From Candidatus Zipacnadia bacterium (GTDB taxonomy: Bacteria; Armatimonadota; Zipacnadia; Zipacnadales; UBA5352): a DNA stretch of 64,000 bases. Both the position numbers and the translations under genes were made by a program. Within the stretch, counting starts at the first letter, position 1. Every line of letters starts with the position of its first letter. Positions 9,442-18,830 of the stretch are shown piece after piece. Location of the stretch: the NCBI GenBank assembly GCA_029821735.1, contig JALGSU010000021.1:77993-141992 (forward strand), written 5' to 3'. The notes beneath the pieces are model-generated. The model made no database searches. It had not been told where the DNA came from and saw only the letters and a program-made list of their open reading frames with translations.

Positions 9442-10536
9442 GTGGCCGGATTGCGCACGAAACTGCTTCTGGTCGTGATGACGGTCGTGACGATACTCGC
9501 CCTCGGCACCATGGCGGCATGGTCGGCTGATGGCGATCTCCCCAGACGAGACGGTGACCAAATCACCCCCGAGCAACGCTGGCAGACACTCCTCGACAAT
9601 CTCGACGCGGACCACGATGGCAAGATATCCAAGGAAGAGTTCACCGGCCCCGATGAAGCGTTCGACCGACTCGACGCCGACGGCGATGGATTTGTCGCGG
9701 CTGGTGAAGCCGGTGGCAGAGGCGGCGGCCAGGATGCCGGTGGCAACGCCCAGCGCTGGCAGGCGATGTGGCGCAACGCCGATAAGAACGGTGACGGGGC
9801 CATCAGCGAGGACGAGTGGCCGGGCAAGCCGGAGATGTTCGAGAAGCTCGACCGCAATGGCGATGGCGTCATCGGCGAGGACGAGCAGCCGAAGTTCGAC
9901 CGCCCGGCCGGCGATGGCCCCCCGCGACGCGGCGACCAGGTAGACCCCGAAGCCCGTTGGCAGCAGATGCTTGAGCGCTTTGACGGAGACGATGACGGGC
10001 AAATTACCGAGGCCGAGTTCCAGGGCCCCGACAAGGTCTTCGACTATCTCGATCGCAACGGCGATGGCGTAATCACCGCTGACGAGGGCAAAGCAGCCGC
10101 TGCGGCGGCAGGCGGCGGTCGGCAAGCTCGGGACCCCGTAGCGCGGTTCAAGTCCATGCTGGAGCAGTGGGATGCGAATGGCGACGGGCAGTTGTCCAGA
10201 GATGAGTGGCAGGGCCGCGAGGAGCAGTTCGCGCAACTGGACAACAACGGCGATGGCATCATCACCGAGCAGGAGTTCGCGGACGCCATGGCTCAGATGA
10301 TGAGGGCCCGCAACCCCGTGCAGGGCATGGTGGACGCGATCGACACTGACGCCGATGGGCGGATGTCCGAGGAGGAGTGGGCCGCGTTTTTTGCGGCAGC
10401 GGACGCCAACGGTGACGGCTTCCTCAGCCAGGACGAGTTGATGAAGGCGCTGCGTCCGCCACGGCCGGACGGGCCGGCTCCTGCGGGCCCGCGCGATGGC
10501 GACGCGCCTCCACCTGCAGAGGCCGATCAGGCGTAG
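9442..10536 (+). CDS. Secreted multi-EF-hand calcium-binding protein
   Basis: Signal peptide and ten Dx[DN]xDG...E loops (e.g. DADHDGKISKEE, DRNGDGVITADE). Confidence 0.92.
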   Translation: MAGLRTKLLLVVMTVVTILALGTMAAWSADGDLPRRDGDQITPEQRWQTLLDNLDADHDGKISKEEFTGPDEAFDRLDADGDGFVAAGEAGGRGGGQDAGGNAQRWQAMWRNADKNGDGAISEDEWPGKPEMFEKLDRNGDGVIGEDEQPKFDRPAGDGPPRRGDQVDPEARWQQMLERFDGDDDGQITEAEFQGPDKVFDYLDRNGDGVITADEGKAAAAAAGGGRQARDPVARFKSMLEQWDANGDGQLSRDEWQGREEQFAQLDNNGDGIITEQEFADAMAQMMRARNPVQGMVDAIDTDADGRMSEEEWAAFFAAADANGDGFLSQDELMKALRPPRPDGPAPAGPRDGDAPPPAEADQA

Positions 10537-10558
10537 CGCGAGTAGGGAAGACAAGCAG

Positions 10559-10602
10559 AGGCCACGGCCCCGAGCACGACGAAAGGGGCCGTGGTCTCTT
10601 TA
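10559..10602 (+). terminator. Probable intrinsic terminator
   Basis: Stem GGCCACGGCCCC/GGGGCCGTGGTC followed by TCTTT. Confidence 0.6.
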
Positions 10603-10631
10603 CGTACGGGCAACGGAGGAGGTGCTGAACG

Positions 10632-11162
10632 GTGACGCCCCCGGACGATCGTGGATGGATCGACGAAGAGACTATGGGCCGCCTCCTGCAGAGCAGGACG
10701 GCTCTGAGACGACGGGTGGTGACGGGGCTCATCATAGCGACAGCCCTCATCGTGGCTGGCAACATGTGGTTGTTCCGAGGCATAGGCCCCAGCTACTGGG
10801 TCCATACCATCTTCTGGGGCAACACGCCCTTCGATCAGGCTGTCTGGGTGGCAGAGGGGGCGGACGGGGAGCCTGCCTACGATTCGGTGAGGGGACGGAT
10901 GGTTCGGTCTCTGCTCAGGAACCATCGCCTCGTCGGCATGACGAGACACGAGGCCCTCCTGTTGCTCGGGACACCCGATGAACTGAACTGGTCTCAGTCC
11001 TACCCGAAGCCCGAGCCTGATGACGAAGGGGCTCTGGAAGCCGCCGAGGACTACTGCTACGTGGTGGGCTCTTACTCGGGTTTCCGTATCGACTACGACT
11101 CGTTGATAGTAGAGTTCAATGACGCTGGCCGAGTTCGCGGATGGGGTATAGGGCAGAACTGA
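10632..11162 (+). CDS. Hypothetical membrane-anchored protein (SmpA/OmlA-like GMT..E...LLG.PD motif)
   Basis: One TM segment, then LVGMTRHEALLLLGTPD and LIVEFNDAGRV; SD GGAGG. Confidence 0.7.
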   Translation: MTPPDDRGWIDEETMGRLLQSRTALRRRVVTGLIIATALIVAGNMWLFRGIGPSYWVHTIFWGNTPFDQAVWVAEGADGEPAYDSVRGRMVRSLLRNHRLVGMTRHEALLLLGTPDELNWSQSYPKPEPDDEGALEAAEDYCYVVGSYSGFRIDYDSLIVEFNDAGRVRGWGIGQN

Positions 11163-11210
11163 CGCGTCTCGCGTGGTGACGAAACTGGAAGAACTGGTGG
11201 GTGGCGCCCG

Positions 11211-11618
11211 ATGAGTAGACCCGAAGATCAAGCAAGTGCTGGACCTGATGCTCGCACACTGCTACTCCGTATGGTACTCCCGATGACGGTCGGCTGCCTG
11301 GTGGCGCTCATTAGCATCTGGGGAGCGCGGCAGATACTTGGGAGCGAGGTGTCGCTCTGGGGCTGGCTTGGCGCCGCGGCCCTCTTCTACCTGGGGACAA
11401 CTGTCGTTCGCTGGGCTTTCCAGATCATCCGGGATGGGCGATTGGACACCACTGTAGGCGTTGAGGGCGGACTACTGTTTGTCTACCTGATGATAGCGTG
11501 GTACGCCCCCTCTGACGACGAAGCAGGTATCTTGGAGTTGGCTCTTCGTCTGGTGGCGATATTGATCATCGGATTAGGCGGCCACGTGTACATGGCCCTG
11601 AAACGGGAGCGGTCGTAG
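11211..11618 (+). CDS. Hypothetical four-TM membrane protein
   Basis: Four hydrophobic segments in 135 aa. Confidence 0.7.
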   Translation: MSRPEDQASAGPDARTLLLRMVLPMTVGCLVALISIWGARQILGSEVSLWGWLGAAALFYLGTTVVRWAFQIIRDGRLDTTVGVEGGLLFVYLMIAWYAPSDDEAGILELALRLVAILIIGLGGHVYMALKRERS

Positions 11619-11702
11619 GCCGCTGCCCCTACCCGTCCGCGTTGTAGATGATCGGGCCGCTGGCCGAACCGGCTGGCACTTCACCCTCTCACGCGACGGT
11701 CA

Positions 11703-14663
11703 TCAATGCGACGTATCTATGTGCTCGATCGCCGCTACTTCCCCGCCAACCAGCGACACGTAGAGTATACCCGCCTGCGTGGCGAATTCTCCGATGGTCT
11801 TCTCGCCGAGGCAGTCGGGCGCGATGAGAAACAGGTCTTCACCCTCCGCTCGCACCACCCGCAGGCCGAGCGCCTGGCTCTCGTCGAGTTGCTGGCCATC
11901 CACCAGCACCGGTACGCGCTCGACGCGCTGCACATCGGGCTCTTCATCCACTCCGAACCAGTTGACGGCCGCGATGAAGCTGGTGCTCTCGCACCGGCGA
12001 CGGGCGATGACCATAGGGCAGGGGCCAACGCTGCGGCCGAGCAGCCCCGTGCCTGAGAGGATCTCGGTGCCTGGCTCGCCAAGCATTGTCAGCAGCGCGC
12101 CGCCGGTCTCGGGAACCGCGAACTCGGCCTGCCAGTCTGCTGCGCCATCGGCGCGCCGTGGGTCGGCGATGTGTTCATAGCCGCCAGCTTCTCCGAGCGG
12201 CTCCGTCGGGGTGCTGGCGAAGGGCAATGCAGCGAACTCGGCGATGTTGTGCCACGCCCAGTCATAGACATGTTCTTCGTCACTGGCGACATCGAAGAGG
12301 TCTAGCATGTAGTCGGCGGCGAGCAGCACGGTGCGGCGCATGGTCACGCCATCGTAGGCCGCGTCGCTGTCAGCGCTGGCGACCTTGATCGCTTCGCCGT
12401 CGTGGAAGAGCAGGAGGCGGCCCTCAGTTGGCCTCTGACTGGCGCCGTCGACCGTGACCGTGTTGTGGGCAATGGTCTGGCGATACCACTGGCCGTGCAG
12501 CGGCGCGCCATAGGCAAGGCGGCCCGGATCGGGAGCAAGTTCCCGGCCGAGTGCGTGCAGGATGACGGTGAGCTTGTCCGGGTGACCGTGGCCGCCGCCG
12601 TGAGCGCCATAGTCAAGGTGCATGTAGACCTGGTCCTCGCCTGATCCCGTCCGCAGCACCGCCGCTCCGAGGCCCTCGAAGTCGCGACTGGGCACGTCCA
12701 TCCCTGTGGCCGCTGGCAGCTCGTCGACGCCCCACAGCAGCCCCATCTCCCCGCGCGTGCCCCGGGTCGCCACATTGAGGTAGCTCTCATCGCCAAAGCG
12801 CGCGTACGCTAGATCATACAGGCTGCTTCGTCCGGCGAGTGAGAAGATGTCGCTGTCATTGACCGCCGGGAACTTCAGGTCTGGGAAGACGTAGAGCAGC
12901 GGGGCGTCGTAGAGCGATTTGTAGGCGGCGTTGTCATACAGGTCAATTCCCGAATGATACGCGGCCTCAACGGTCCAGCGCAGAGCGTCGAGGGCATAGA
13001 AGTGGTAGGCGGCGGTGCCCTCATACCAGAAACCATCGGGCAGCACCGAGGCGCGAAGCTGGTAGCGCAGACCATGGACACCGTTGATCGCGTGCGAGGC
13101 CAGATCATCGTCGCGAAGGCAAAAACCGATGGCAGCCACGCCCGCGTTGTGCCACGACTGCCAGTTGCTCATGCGTCCGTCATGGCGCATGATCGTCCGC
13201 GCGACTTCGCGCAGATACCCGTCCTCGATAGTGGCCCGGTCCGCTTCGCTGAAGACCCCGCTGTCGTAGATCAGGTCATAGGCCCACGCGACCTTGATGA
13301 TGTCGACGGCCTCGTCCAGTGTCTGGGCGTACAGACGCCCTCCCGAGCGACTCTCCTGATCTCGATTGTTGTGGTAGGGGAAGTCAACGTAGCGCTCCCC
13401 GTAGGCCAGTAGAATCTCACGAGCTTTCTCGGCGTAGGCACGCTCACCCGTGAACGCGTAGCCCTTGCCCAGGTTGGCGATCGCGCGAGTGAGTCTGTGA
13501 TGCTCGCGGCCCACGATCACCTGGTCGTAGGGCCACCCGGAGTACACCTCGTTGCAGCGCGGGCAGACGTGCCGTGTCGGGCTTTCTGTCTTCAGACTCA
13601 CTCCGCACTTTTTGCAGACATAGTGATGGCTCCACTGGCCGCCCTCGTCGGGAACGCGCACCTCGATGGTAAGGGCGCTATCGGCGCTGGCGATTATGCC
13701 GTCGAGGGTCTTGCGGGCCCAATCGTAGCGTTCGGCACGCTCCAGCGCGCGATCGATCTCGGCTCGCGAGGTGAAGAGCAGTGGGCGTTCCTGCTCGGGT
13801 AGCGGCACGGCCCCGGCAATGGGCAGATGCATCGGCGGCGTTCCCTCCAGACCAGTGTCCACAAGGAGCTGGCCCTCCTCGCGAGCGAGTGGCTCAGCGT
13901 CCGCCAGTGCCGCGGCATCGGCTTCGAGCAGCACTCGGACGGTCACTGTCTCGCCCGGCGCGATGTCGGGGGTGGTCGCCAGAGGCAGGCGTGGCCGGAA
14001 TGCCTCGAAATCGCCCTCGACGCGCATGTCGAAGGCGCGAGCCGCGTCGGTCCGGTTGGTCACGCCCACTTCAGTGGTTACGCGCAGCACGCCCGCGTCG
14101 GTGGTGGTCGATCGGTTAACCTGCTTCAGGGAAACTGGCTCGCGTATCAGGCGGATGGCGTCGAGCTTCAAGACTGTGTCGGCCAGAGCATGGTGCTGCC
14201 AGCCCCCGGCGTTTATCGACAGGTAGTCAATCTGGTGCCAGCCGACGGGTTTGCGGGTGCCCTCGATGTCCTCGCCGAGTCGGAGATTGAGCAGCTTCCA
14301 CCCGACCCAGTCGACCTCGAAATGGTAGAAGAAGTAGTCCCAGCCCGCATCATCGGCCTCGTTCTCGGAGTTACATACGAGCGTCAGGCGCTGCCCGTTG
14401 GCGCGCTCGGAATGCATCCACAGGCTGAGCGTATCGTACCCGGTCCAGTCGTGGGGGATGGTCTCGTCGCGCAGTGTGGCGGTCTGCCCGGGCACCCAGA
14501 CGCCACAGGACCGGCCCTCCATCGGGTCGGTGGTATCGAGGGTCACGCCAGACCAACTACCCTCTTCCTCGAAGTCTTCTATCACGAACACGGGAGCTTG
14601 CTGGGCGAATGCCGAGAGTGGCGCGATCATGGCGAGAGCAAGGGGCAGCAGGAGACGGCTCAT
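11703..14663 (-). CDS. Secreted alginate lyase / heparinase II/III-family polysaccharide lyase with N-terminal CBM-like domain
   Basis: Signal peptide; SNWQSWHN, WYEGTAAYHFYA, HGGGHGHPDKL, WYRQTIAHNTVTVDG. Confidence 0.88.
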   Translation of the reverse strand: MSRLLLPLALAMIAPLSAFAQQAPVFVIEDFEEEGSWSGVTLDTTDPMEGRSCGVWVPGQTATLRDETIPHDWTGYDTLSLWMHSERANGQRLTLVCNSENEADDAGWDYFFYHFEVDWVGWKLLNLRLGEDIEGTRKPVGWHQIDYLSINAGGWQHHALADTVLKLDAIRLIREPVSLKQVNRSTTTDAGVLRVTTEVGVTNRTDAARAFDMRVEGDFEAFRPRLPLATTPDIAPGETVTVRVLLEADAAALADAEPLAREEGQLLVDTGLEGTPPMHLPIAGAVPLPEQERPLLFTSRAEIDRALERAERYDWARKTLDGIIASADSALTIEVRVPDEGGQWSHHYVCKKCGVSLKTESPTRHVCPRCNEVYSGWPYDQVIVGREHHRLTRAIANLGKGYAFTGERAYAEKAREILLAYGERYVDFPYHNNRDQESRSGGRLYAQTLDEAVDIIKVAWAYDLIYDSGVFSEADRATIEDGYLREVARTIMRHDGRMSNWQSWHNAGVAAIGFCLRDDDLASHAINGVHGLRYQLRASVLPDGFWYEGTAAYHFYALDALRWTVEAAYHSGIDLYDNAAYKSLYDAPLLYVFPDLKFPAVNDSDIFSLAGRSSLYDLAYARFGDESYLNVATRGTRGEMGLLWGVDELPAATGMDVPSRDFEGLGAAVLRTGSGEDQVYMHLDYGAHGGGHGHPDKLTVILHALGRELAPDPGRLAYGAPLHGQWYRQTIAHNTVTVDGASQRPTEGRLLLFHDGEAIKVASADSDAAYDGVTMRRTVLLAADYMLDLFDVASDEEHVYDWAWHNIAEFAALPFASTPTEPLGEAGGYEHIADPRRADGAADWQAEFAVPETGGALLTMLGEPGTEILSGTGLLGRSVGPCPMVIARRRCESTSFIAAVNWFGVDEEPDVQRVERVPVLVDGQQLDESQALGLRVVRAEGEDLFLIAPDCLGEKTIGEFATQAGILYVSLVGGEVAAIEHIDTSH

Positions 14664-14761
14664 GTGGGCCTCCCTGGGCGTCGGAAGTCGCGCAACGTGG
14701 CAGCTACAGGCGACGGACCACGGTACGATACCACAAAGCCCGCGACCGCGCCAGTGCTCGC

Positions 14762-14790
14762 TTGACGAGGCGAAAGGCCTCTTGTATACT
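14762..14790 (+). promoter_or_regulatory. Sigma70 promoter of tRNA-Ala
   Basis: TTGACG-N17-TATACT, 14 nt before the tRNA. Confidence 0.8.
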
Positions 14791-14804
14791 ATCTCTCACC
14801 GAGT

Positions 14805-14880
14805 GGGGCCATAGCTCAGTTGGGAGAGCGACTGAATGGCATTCAGTAGGTCGAGGGTTCGACCCCCTCTGGCTCCACCA
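14805..14880 (+). tRNA. tRNA-Ala (GGC)
   Basis: 76-nt cloverleaf GGGGCCA...TGGCTCCACCA with anticodon loop ATGGCAT, GTTCGA T-loop, G3:U70 and encoded CCA. Confidence 0.98.
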
Positions 14881-14894
14881 CCATGTAATCAGCG

Positions 14895-14933
14895 ATGAGC
14901 GCGAACCTTACAGGTTCGCGCTCATTTTATTTT
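14895..14933 (+). terminator. Intrinsic terminator after tRNA-Ala
   Basis: Perfect stem ATGAGCGCGAACCT/AGGTTCGCGCTCAT followed by TTTATTTT. Confidence 0.9.
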
Positions 14934-15013
14934 GCGGGGAAGGTAACTTGCGACCTCAGACGAAACTATCATTTGATTCATGACAGGCGGCCCCGCAGAT
15001 ACTGAGGCGGGGC

Positions 15014-16303
15014 TTGCAGAATGGAGGCAGTAACTTGGAGAACTGGCGCGATCTCATTGCCGAAGCAGCGGCCATGGAGGCCTCGGACGTCTTCTGGAAG
15101 GCCGGTACGAAGCCCCACGCGCGTCTGCAGGGCGAGATTGAGTGCCTCGACCAGCACGAGGTGCTTACCCCTGAGGACACCGCGCGCATGGCGAGAGAAC
15201 TCATGGATGACCACCAGTGGGACCTCTTCCAGGACTTCCCGGAACGGGACATCGGTCTGACAGTCGGTGACATCTGTCGGCTGCGGATCAATATCTACCG
15301 CGAGCGGGGCAACATCGGCTTGGTCATGCGAATCATCAGTCTGGACATCATCACCCTCGAAGAGCTGGAGATGCCCGACGTCCTGAGCCAAGTGGCGATG
15401 AGCCCGCAGGGCCTGGTACTGGTAACCGGACCGACCGGTTGCGGTAAGTCAACCACCCTGGCGGCCATGATCAACCACATTAACCAGGAACGCCGGTGCA
15501 ACATCGTCACCATCGAGGACCCGATCGAGTATGTGCATCCGGACAAGAAGAGTATCGTGAACCAGCGGGCCGTTGGCGAGGACACGATGAGCTTCACGGA
15601 TGCGCTCAAGTACATCGTCCGGCAGAACCCGGACGTCATCTTGATCGGTGAGATGCGTGATGTCGAGACGATGCAGGTGGCCATGCAGGCTGCGGAGACC
15701 GGTCACCTTGTTTTCTCGACGGTTCACACGACCAGCGCGTCCGAGACCCTCGAGCGTATCATCAATATGTTCCCTCCACACGAAAAACCACAGATATGTC
15801 TGCGGATGGCGAAGACGCTGCGGGCGATATTGTCCCAGACGCTGGTGCCGCGCATCGACACCAAGGGGCGGACGGCAGCTGTCGAGATCATGGTTGTCAC
15901 GCCGACAGTGGGGAAGATGATCGAAGAGGGCAAGCCGAGCGATACGTACTCGGCCATCCAGGACGGCGGCTACTGGGGAATGCAGACGATGAACCAGGCG
16001 CTGTTGCAACTGTATACAAGCGGGAAGATATCCCCTGGACAGTGTCTGTTCAACTCGGGCAACTACACGGAGATGCGCCAGATGCTTCGGCGCATAGATT
16101 CGGTTGCGGCGGACGAGGCGGTCAAGGAGTTGCCGGGTCTGGGCGCCGCGCGTGGGGACGTGCCGGACGCGGTCAAGGAGGCCGCGGCGGCCAGTGGACG
16201 CGCCAGCCAGCTCGTGGAACCGAAAAAGCCCACGAAGGAGCAGCAGGGAACACGTCGGACAACGCGCCGGGCGGCTCGCCCGGCCCGTCGATCAGAGGAG
16301 TAA
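15014..16303 (+). CDS. PilT/PilU-family type IV pilus retraction ATPase
   Basis: GPTGCGKSTT, TIEDPIE, RQNPDVILIGEMRD, AAETGHLVFSTVHT, GMQTMNQ. The AIRNLIRE motif is degenerate (TVGKMIEE). Confidence 0.93.
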   Translation: MQNGGSNLENWRDLIAEAAAMEASDVFWKAGTKPHARLQGEIECLDQHEVLTPEDTARMARELMDDHQWDLFQDFPERDIGLTVGDICRLRINIYRERGNIGLVMRIISLDIITLEELEMPDVLSQVAMSPQGLVLVTGPTGCGKSTTLAAMINHINQERRCNIVTIEDPIEYVHPDKKSIVNQRAVGEDTMSFTDALKYIVRQNPDVILIGEMRDVETMQVAMQAAETGHLVFSTVHTTSASETLERIINMFPPHEKPQICLRMAKTLRAILSQTLVPRIDTKGRTAAVEIMVVTPTVGKMIEEGKPSDTYSAIQDGGYWGMQTMNQALLQLYTSGKISPGQCLFNSGNYTEMRQMLRRIDSVAADEAVKELPGLGAARGDVPDAVKEAAAASGRASQLVEPKKPTKEQQGTRRTTRRAARPARRSEE

Positions 16304-16379
16304 CCGCAGGGCAGCGTAACTGACCTATAGTCATGCTCAGGCCCGATTGGGCCGACCGCGAGGAGGCGACACGGAGACA

Positions 16380-17603
16380 ATGGCTGCTGACACAGTCTAC
16401 CATGCCAAAAAGGTGAAGAGTCCCCCGGAGATAGCAGCGGCAGCGGGGCGGGTAATCGACGATGATGTGATGGATGCGTTGCAGCACGCGTGCATCCAGT
16501 TGGACGCCTCGGACCTGCACCTGACCTCGGGCGAACCGCCGATCTTCCGACGCCACGGCAAGATGTACAGGGTCGAGGGCTACAAGGTGCTTGATCACGA
16601 TGACATGATCGCGGCGACGACGTTCTTCCTCGGTGAGGACGATCTGACTAACCGCTACTGGCAGCGCTTCCACGAAACTGGCGGGGCGGACATCGCCTAC
16701 GCTCTGGGCGATGAGGCGCGCTTCCGCGTCAGTGTGTTCCAGCAGAAGGGTAGCCCCGCGATTGCCTTGCGGATGATTCCCACTGGTGTGCTGAGCTTCG
16801 AAGCACTGGGCCTGCCGATCAAGCAGGTTGAGGAACTCCTGCACCGGCCTCGTGGCATCATCCTGCTGACCGGACCGACTGGCTGCGGGAAGACCACCAC
16901 GATCGCGTCGATGATCGACTACATCAACCGCGAACGGGACACCCATATCATCACCATCGAGGATCCGATCGAATACTATCACACCGGCAAGCGCTCGCTG
17001 TTGAACCAGCGCGAAGTTGGGGTGGACGTCTCCTCGTTCTCGGAAGCTGTCGTCAGGAACATGAGGTCGGACCCGGACGTCATGCTGGTCGGTGAGATGC
17101 GCGACCTTGACACGATGCGCTCGTGTCTGCAGGCGGCTGAGACTGGTCACCTTGTTCTGTCGACGCTGCACACGGTTAGTGCTCCCAAGACTGTTGACCG
17201 CCTGGTCACGGGTTTCCCGTCCTCGGAGCAGGAGGAGATCCGCGCGATGACGTCCACGTCGCTACTGGCGGTCTTCTCTGAAGAGTTGATCCCGCGCAAA
17301 GACGGCAAGGGCCGAGTGGCGGCCTACGAGATCATGGTTGGTGAGCCGGGCGGATCGCCCGCGATCGGTAACCTCATCCGCGAGCGGAAGACATCTCAGA
17401 TGCGGCAGGCCATCCAGAGCGGACGAGCCCTGGGCATGCAACTGCTGGAGATGAACTTGGCCAACCTGATCAGAGATGATCAGATCGCCTTCGAGGAAGG
17501 CTACAACAGAGCCAACCAGAAGGGCGACCTGCTGACCTTCCTGGATGACTACGACATTCCTGACGAGTACCGGCAGGCGGCTGACGACGCCGACCAAGCG
17601 TAG
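16380..17603 (+). CDS. pilT: PilT-family type IV pilus retraction ATPase
   Basis: ASDLHL, GPTGCGKTTT, TIEDPIE, DPDVMLVGEMRD, STLHT, AIGNLIRE. Confidence 0.93.
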   Translation: MAADTVYHAKKVKSPPEIAAAAGRVIDDDVMDALQHACIQLDASDLHLTSGEPPIFRRHGKMYRVEGYKVLDHDDMIAATTFFLGEDDLTNRYWQRFHETGGADIAYALGDEARFRVSVFQQKGSPAIALRMIPTGVLSFEALGLPIKQVEELLHRPRGIILLTGPTGCGKTTTIASMIDYINRERDTHIITIEDPIEYYHTGKRSLLNQREVGVDVSSFSEAVVRNMRSDPDVMLVGEMRDLDTMRSCLQAAETGHLVLSTLHTVSAPKTVDRLVTGFPSSEQEEIRAMTSTSLLAVFSEELIPRKDGKGRVAAYEIMVGEPGGSPAIGNLIRERKTSQMRQAIQSGRALGMQLLEMNLANLIRDDQIAFEEGYNRANQKGDLLTFLDDYDIPDEYRQAADDADQA

Positions 17604-17630
17604 TCCAGCGGCGGATGGGAGCGAGGACAC

Positions 17631-18752
17631 GTGGCGCGACGTCGGGCTGGCTCATCTGACCTGCAGATCGAACTGACGGAGAAGCTCATCGTATGGGCGT
17701 TCACCGGAGTGAAGGTGTTCGCCTTCGCCTTCGCGGTGAGCTTGGCCTACATCCTGTACGGTGTGTACGGGGGGCATCTTCGTGGTGCGATAGAGCCGCG
17801 GATCATGAGCAATCTGCAACTGATGGGCCAGATCATGGCCCTCAGCGGCGGCATGGCCACCATCTGCCTGGTGGTAGTCACCATGGAGGAAGTGGCATTC
17901 GCGGTCGTGGCCGGGCTGCTCGGCTTGGCAATGATCTTCGGCTTCCCGCTTCTGGTGGCGGGGCAAGTGGATGTGCAGGGCGAAACCGCCGCCGAACTGA
18001 TCATGCGCTGGGCATCAGTCACCGGGAAGTTCATCGTCCTGGTGGTCGCCTTTCGCCTTCTGATGGAGATTATCAACTACTTCCGCGATGCGCCCCAGCG
18101 GCAGGCGCGGTTGACGAGGATCGAGAGTCTGACCGGGGACGGGCAGAAGACCAAGACAGGCTCGCGCCCGTGGTGGCGACTGCAGCACTGCTGGGAGACA
18201 CCTTACTGCCACGACGCAATCAAGGAAGTGTGCCCAGCCTTCAAAGCGCGCAAGAACTGCTGGCGAATACACCAGGGCTGCAACTGCGACTCCGGCATGA
18301 TCGAGGCCTTGATTAGGTCAGGCGCAGCGAGCAGGGGCAAAGGCGTCACCGCTGAGAAGAAAGGCACGCAGGAAGAGTACATGCGCGCCGATCTTGAGGG
18401 CGGCATCAAGATCGGCCAGGGCGAGCGCACCAGAGAGTGCAGGGACTGCCCGATCTTCCTCGAACACCAGCGCCAGAAGTTCCAGATGGTGAACCCGATC
18501 GTGATCATTGCGGCGATCGTGGGCCTGCTGGCGGCATACCCGATCATGAAGCAGATCTACCAGCTCGGGATCCAGGGGATGTCGAAACTTGCGTCGCGCC
18601 TCGCATTCGGTGCGAGCGTCTCGGTTTCTGACTGGATTGGCCGGCTGGATACCCAGACTGTGTGGGTGTTCTTCTACATCATCGTCGGTCTGCTGGTAAT
18701 GTCCTATGTGCTCAAATTCGTAGAGTGGGCCATCCTTATCCGCAAGCTGTAG
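17631..18752 (+). CDS. Membrane protein with central Cys-rich (two-CW-like) domain
   Basis: About four N-terminal and two C-terminal TM segments flank CWETPYC..CPAF..NCWRIHQGCNC...CRDCPIF. Confidence 0.8.
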   Translation: MARRRAGSSDLQIELTEKLIVWAFTGVKVFAFAFAVSLAYILYGVYGGHLRGAIEPRIMSNLQLMGQIMALSGGMATICLVVVTMEEVAFAVVAGLLGLAMIFGFPLLVAGQVDVQGETAAELIMRWASVTGKFIVLVVAFRLLMEIINYFRDAPQRQARLTRIESLTGDGQKTKTGSRPWWRLQHCWETPYCHDAIKEVCPAFKARKNCWRIHQGCNCDSGMIEALIRSGAASRGKGVTAEKKGTQEEYMRADLEGGIKIGQGERTRECRDCPIFLEHQRQKFQMVNPIVIIAAIVGLLAAYPIMKQIYQLGIQGMSKLASRLAFGASVSVSDWIGRLDTQTVWVFFYIIVGLLVMSYVLKFVEWAILIRKL

Positions 18753-18778
18753 TCGCCATCGAGTAGTGTGAATATGCA

Positions 18779-18810
18779 GGCGCCCGGCCCTTGCGGGCCG
18801 GGCGCTTTTG
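18779..18810 (+). terminator. Intrinsic terminator of the pilT operon
   Basis: GGCGCCCGGCCC-TTGC-GGGCCGGGCGC followed by TTTT. Confidence 0.85.
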
Positions 18811-18830
18811 GTTGAGCGATCGCGACAGGA

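Noticed and set aside
14805-14940. tRNA-Ala as an island integration site
   Set aside because: No integrase and no duplicated tRNA 3' end were seen; an ordinary terminator follows.
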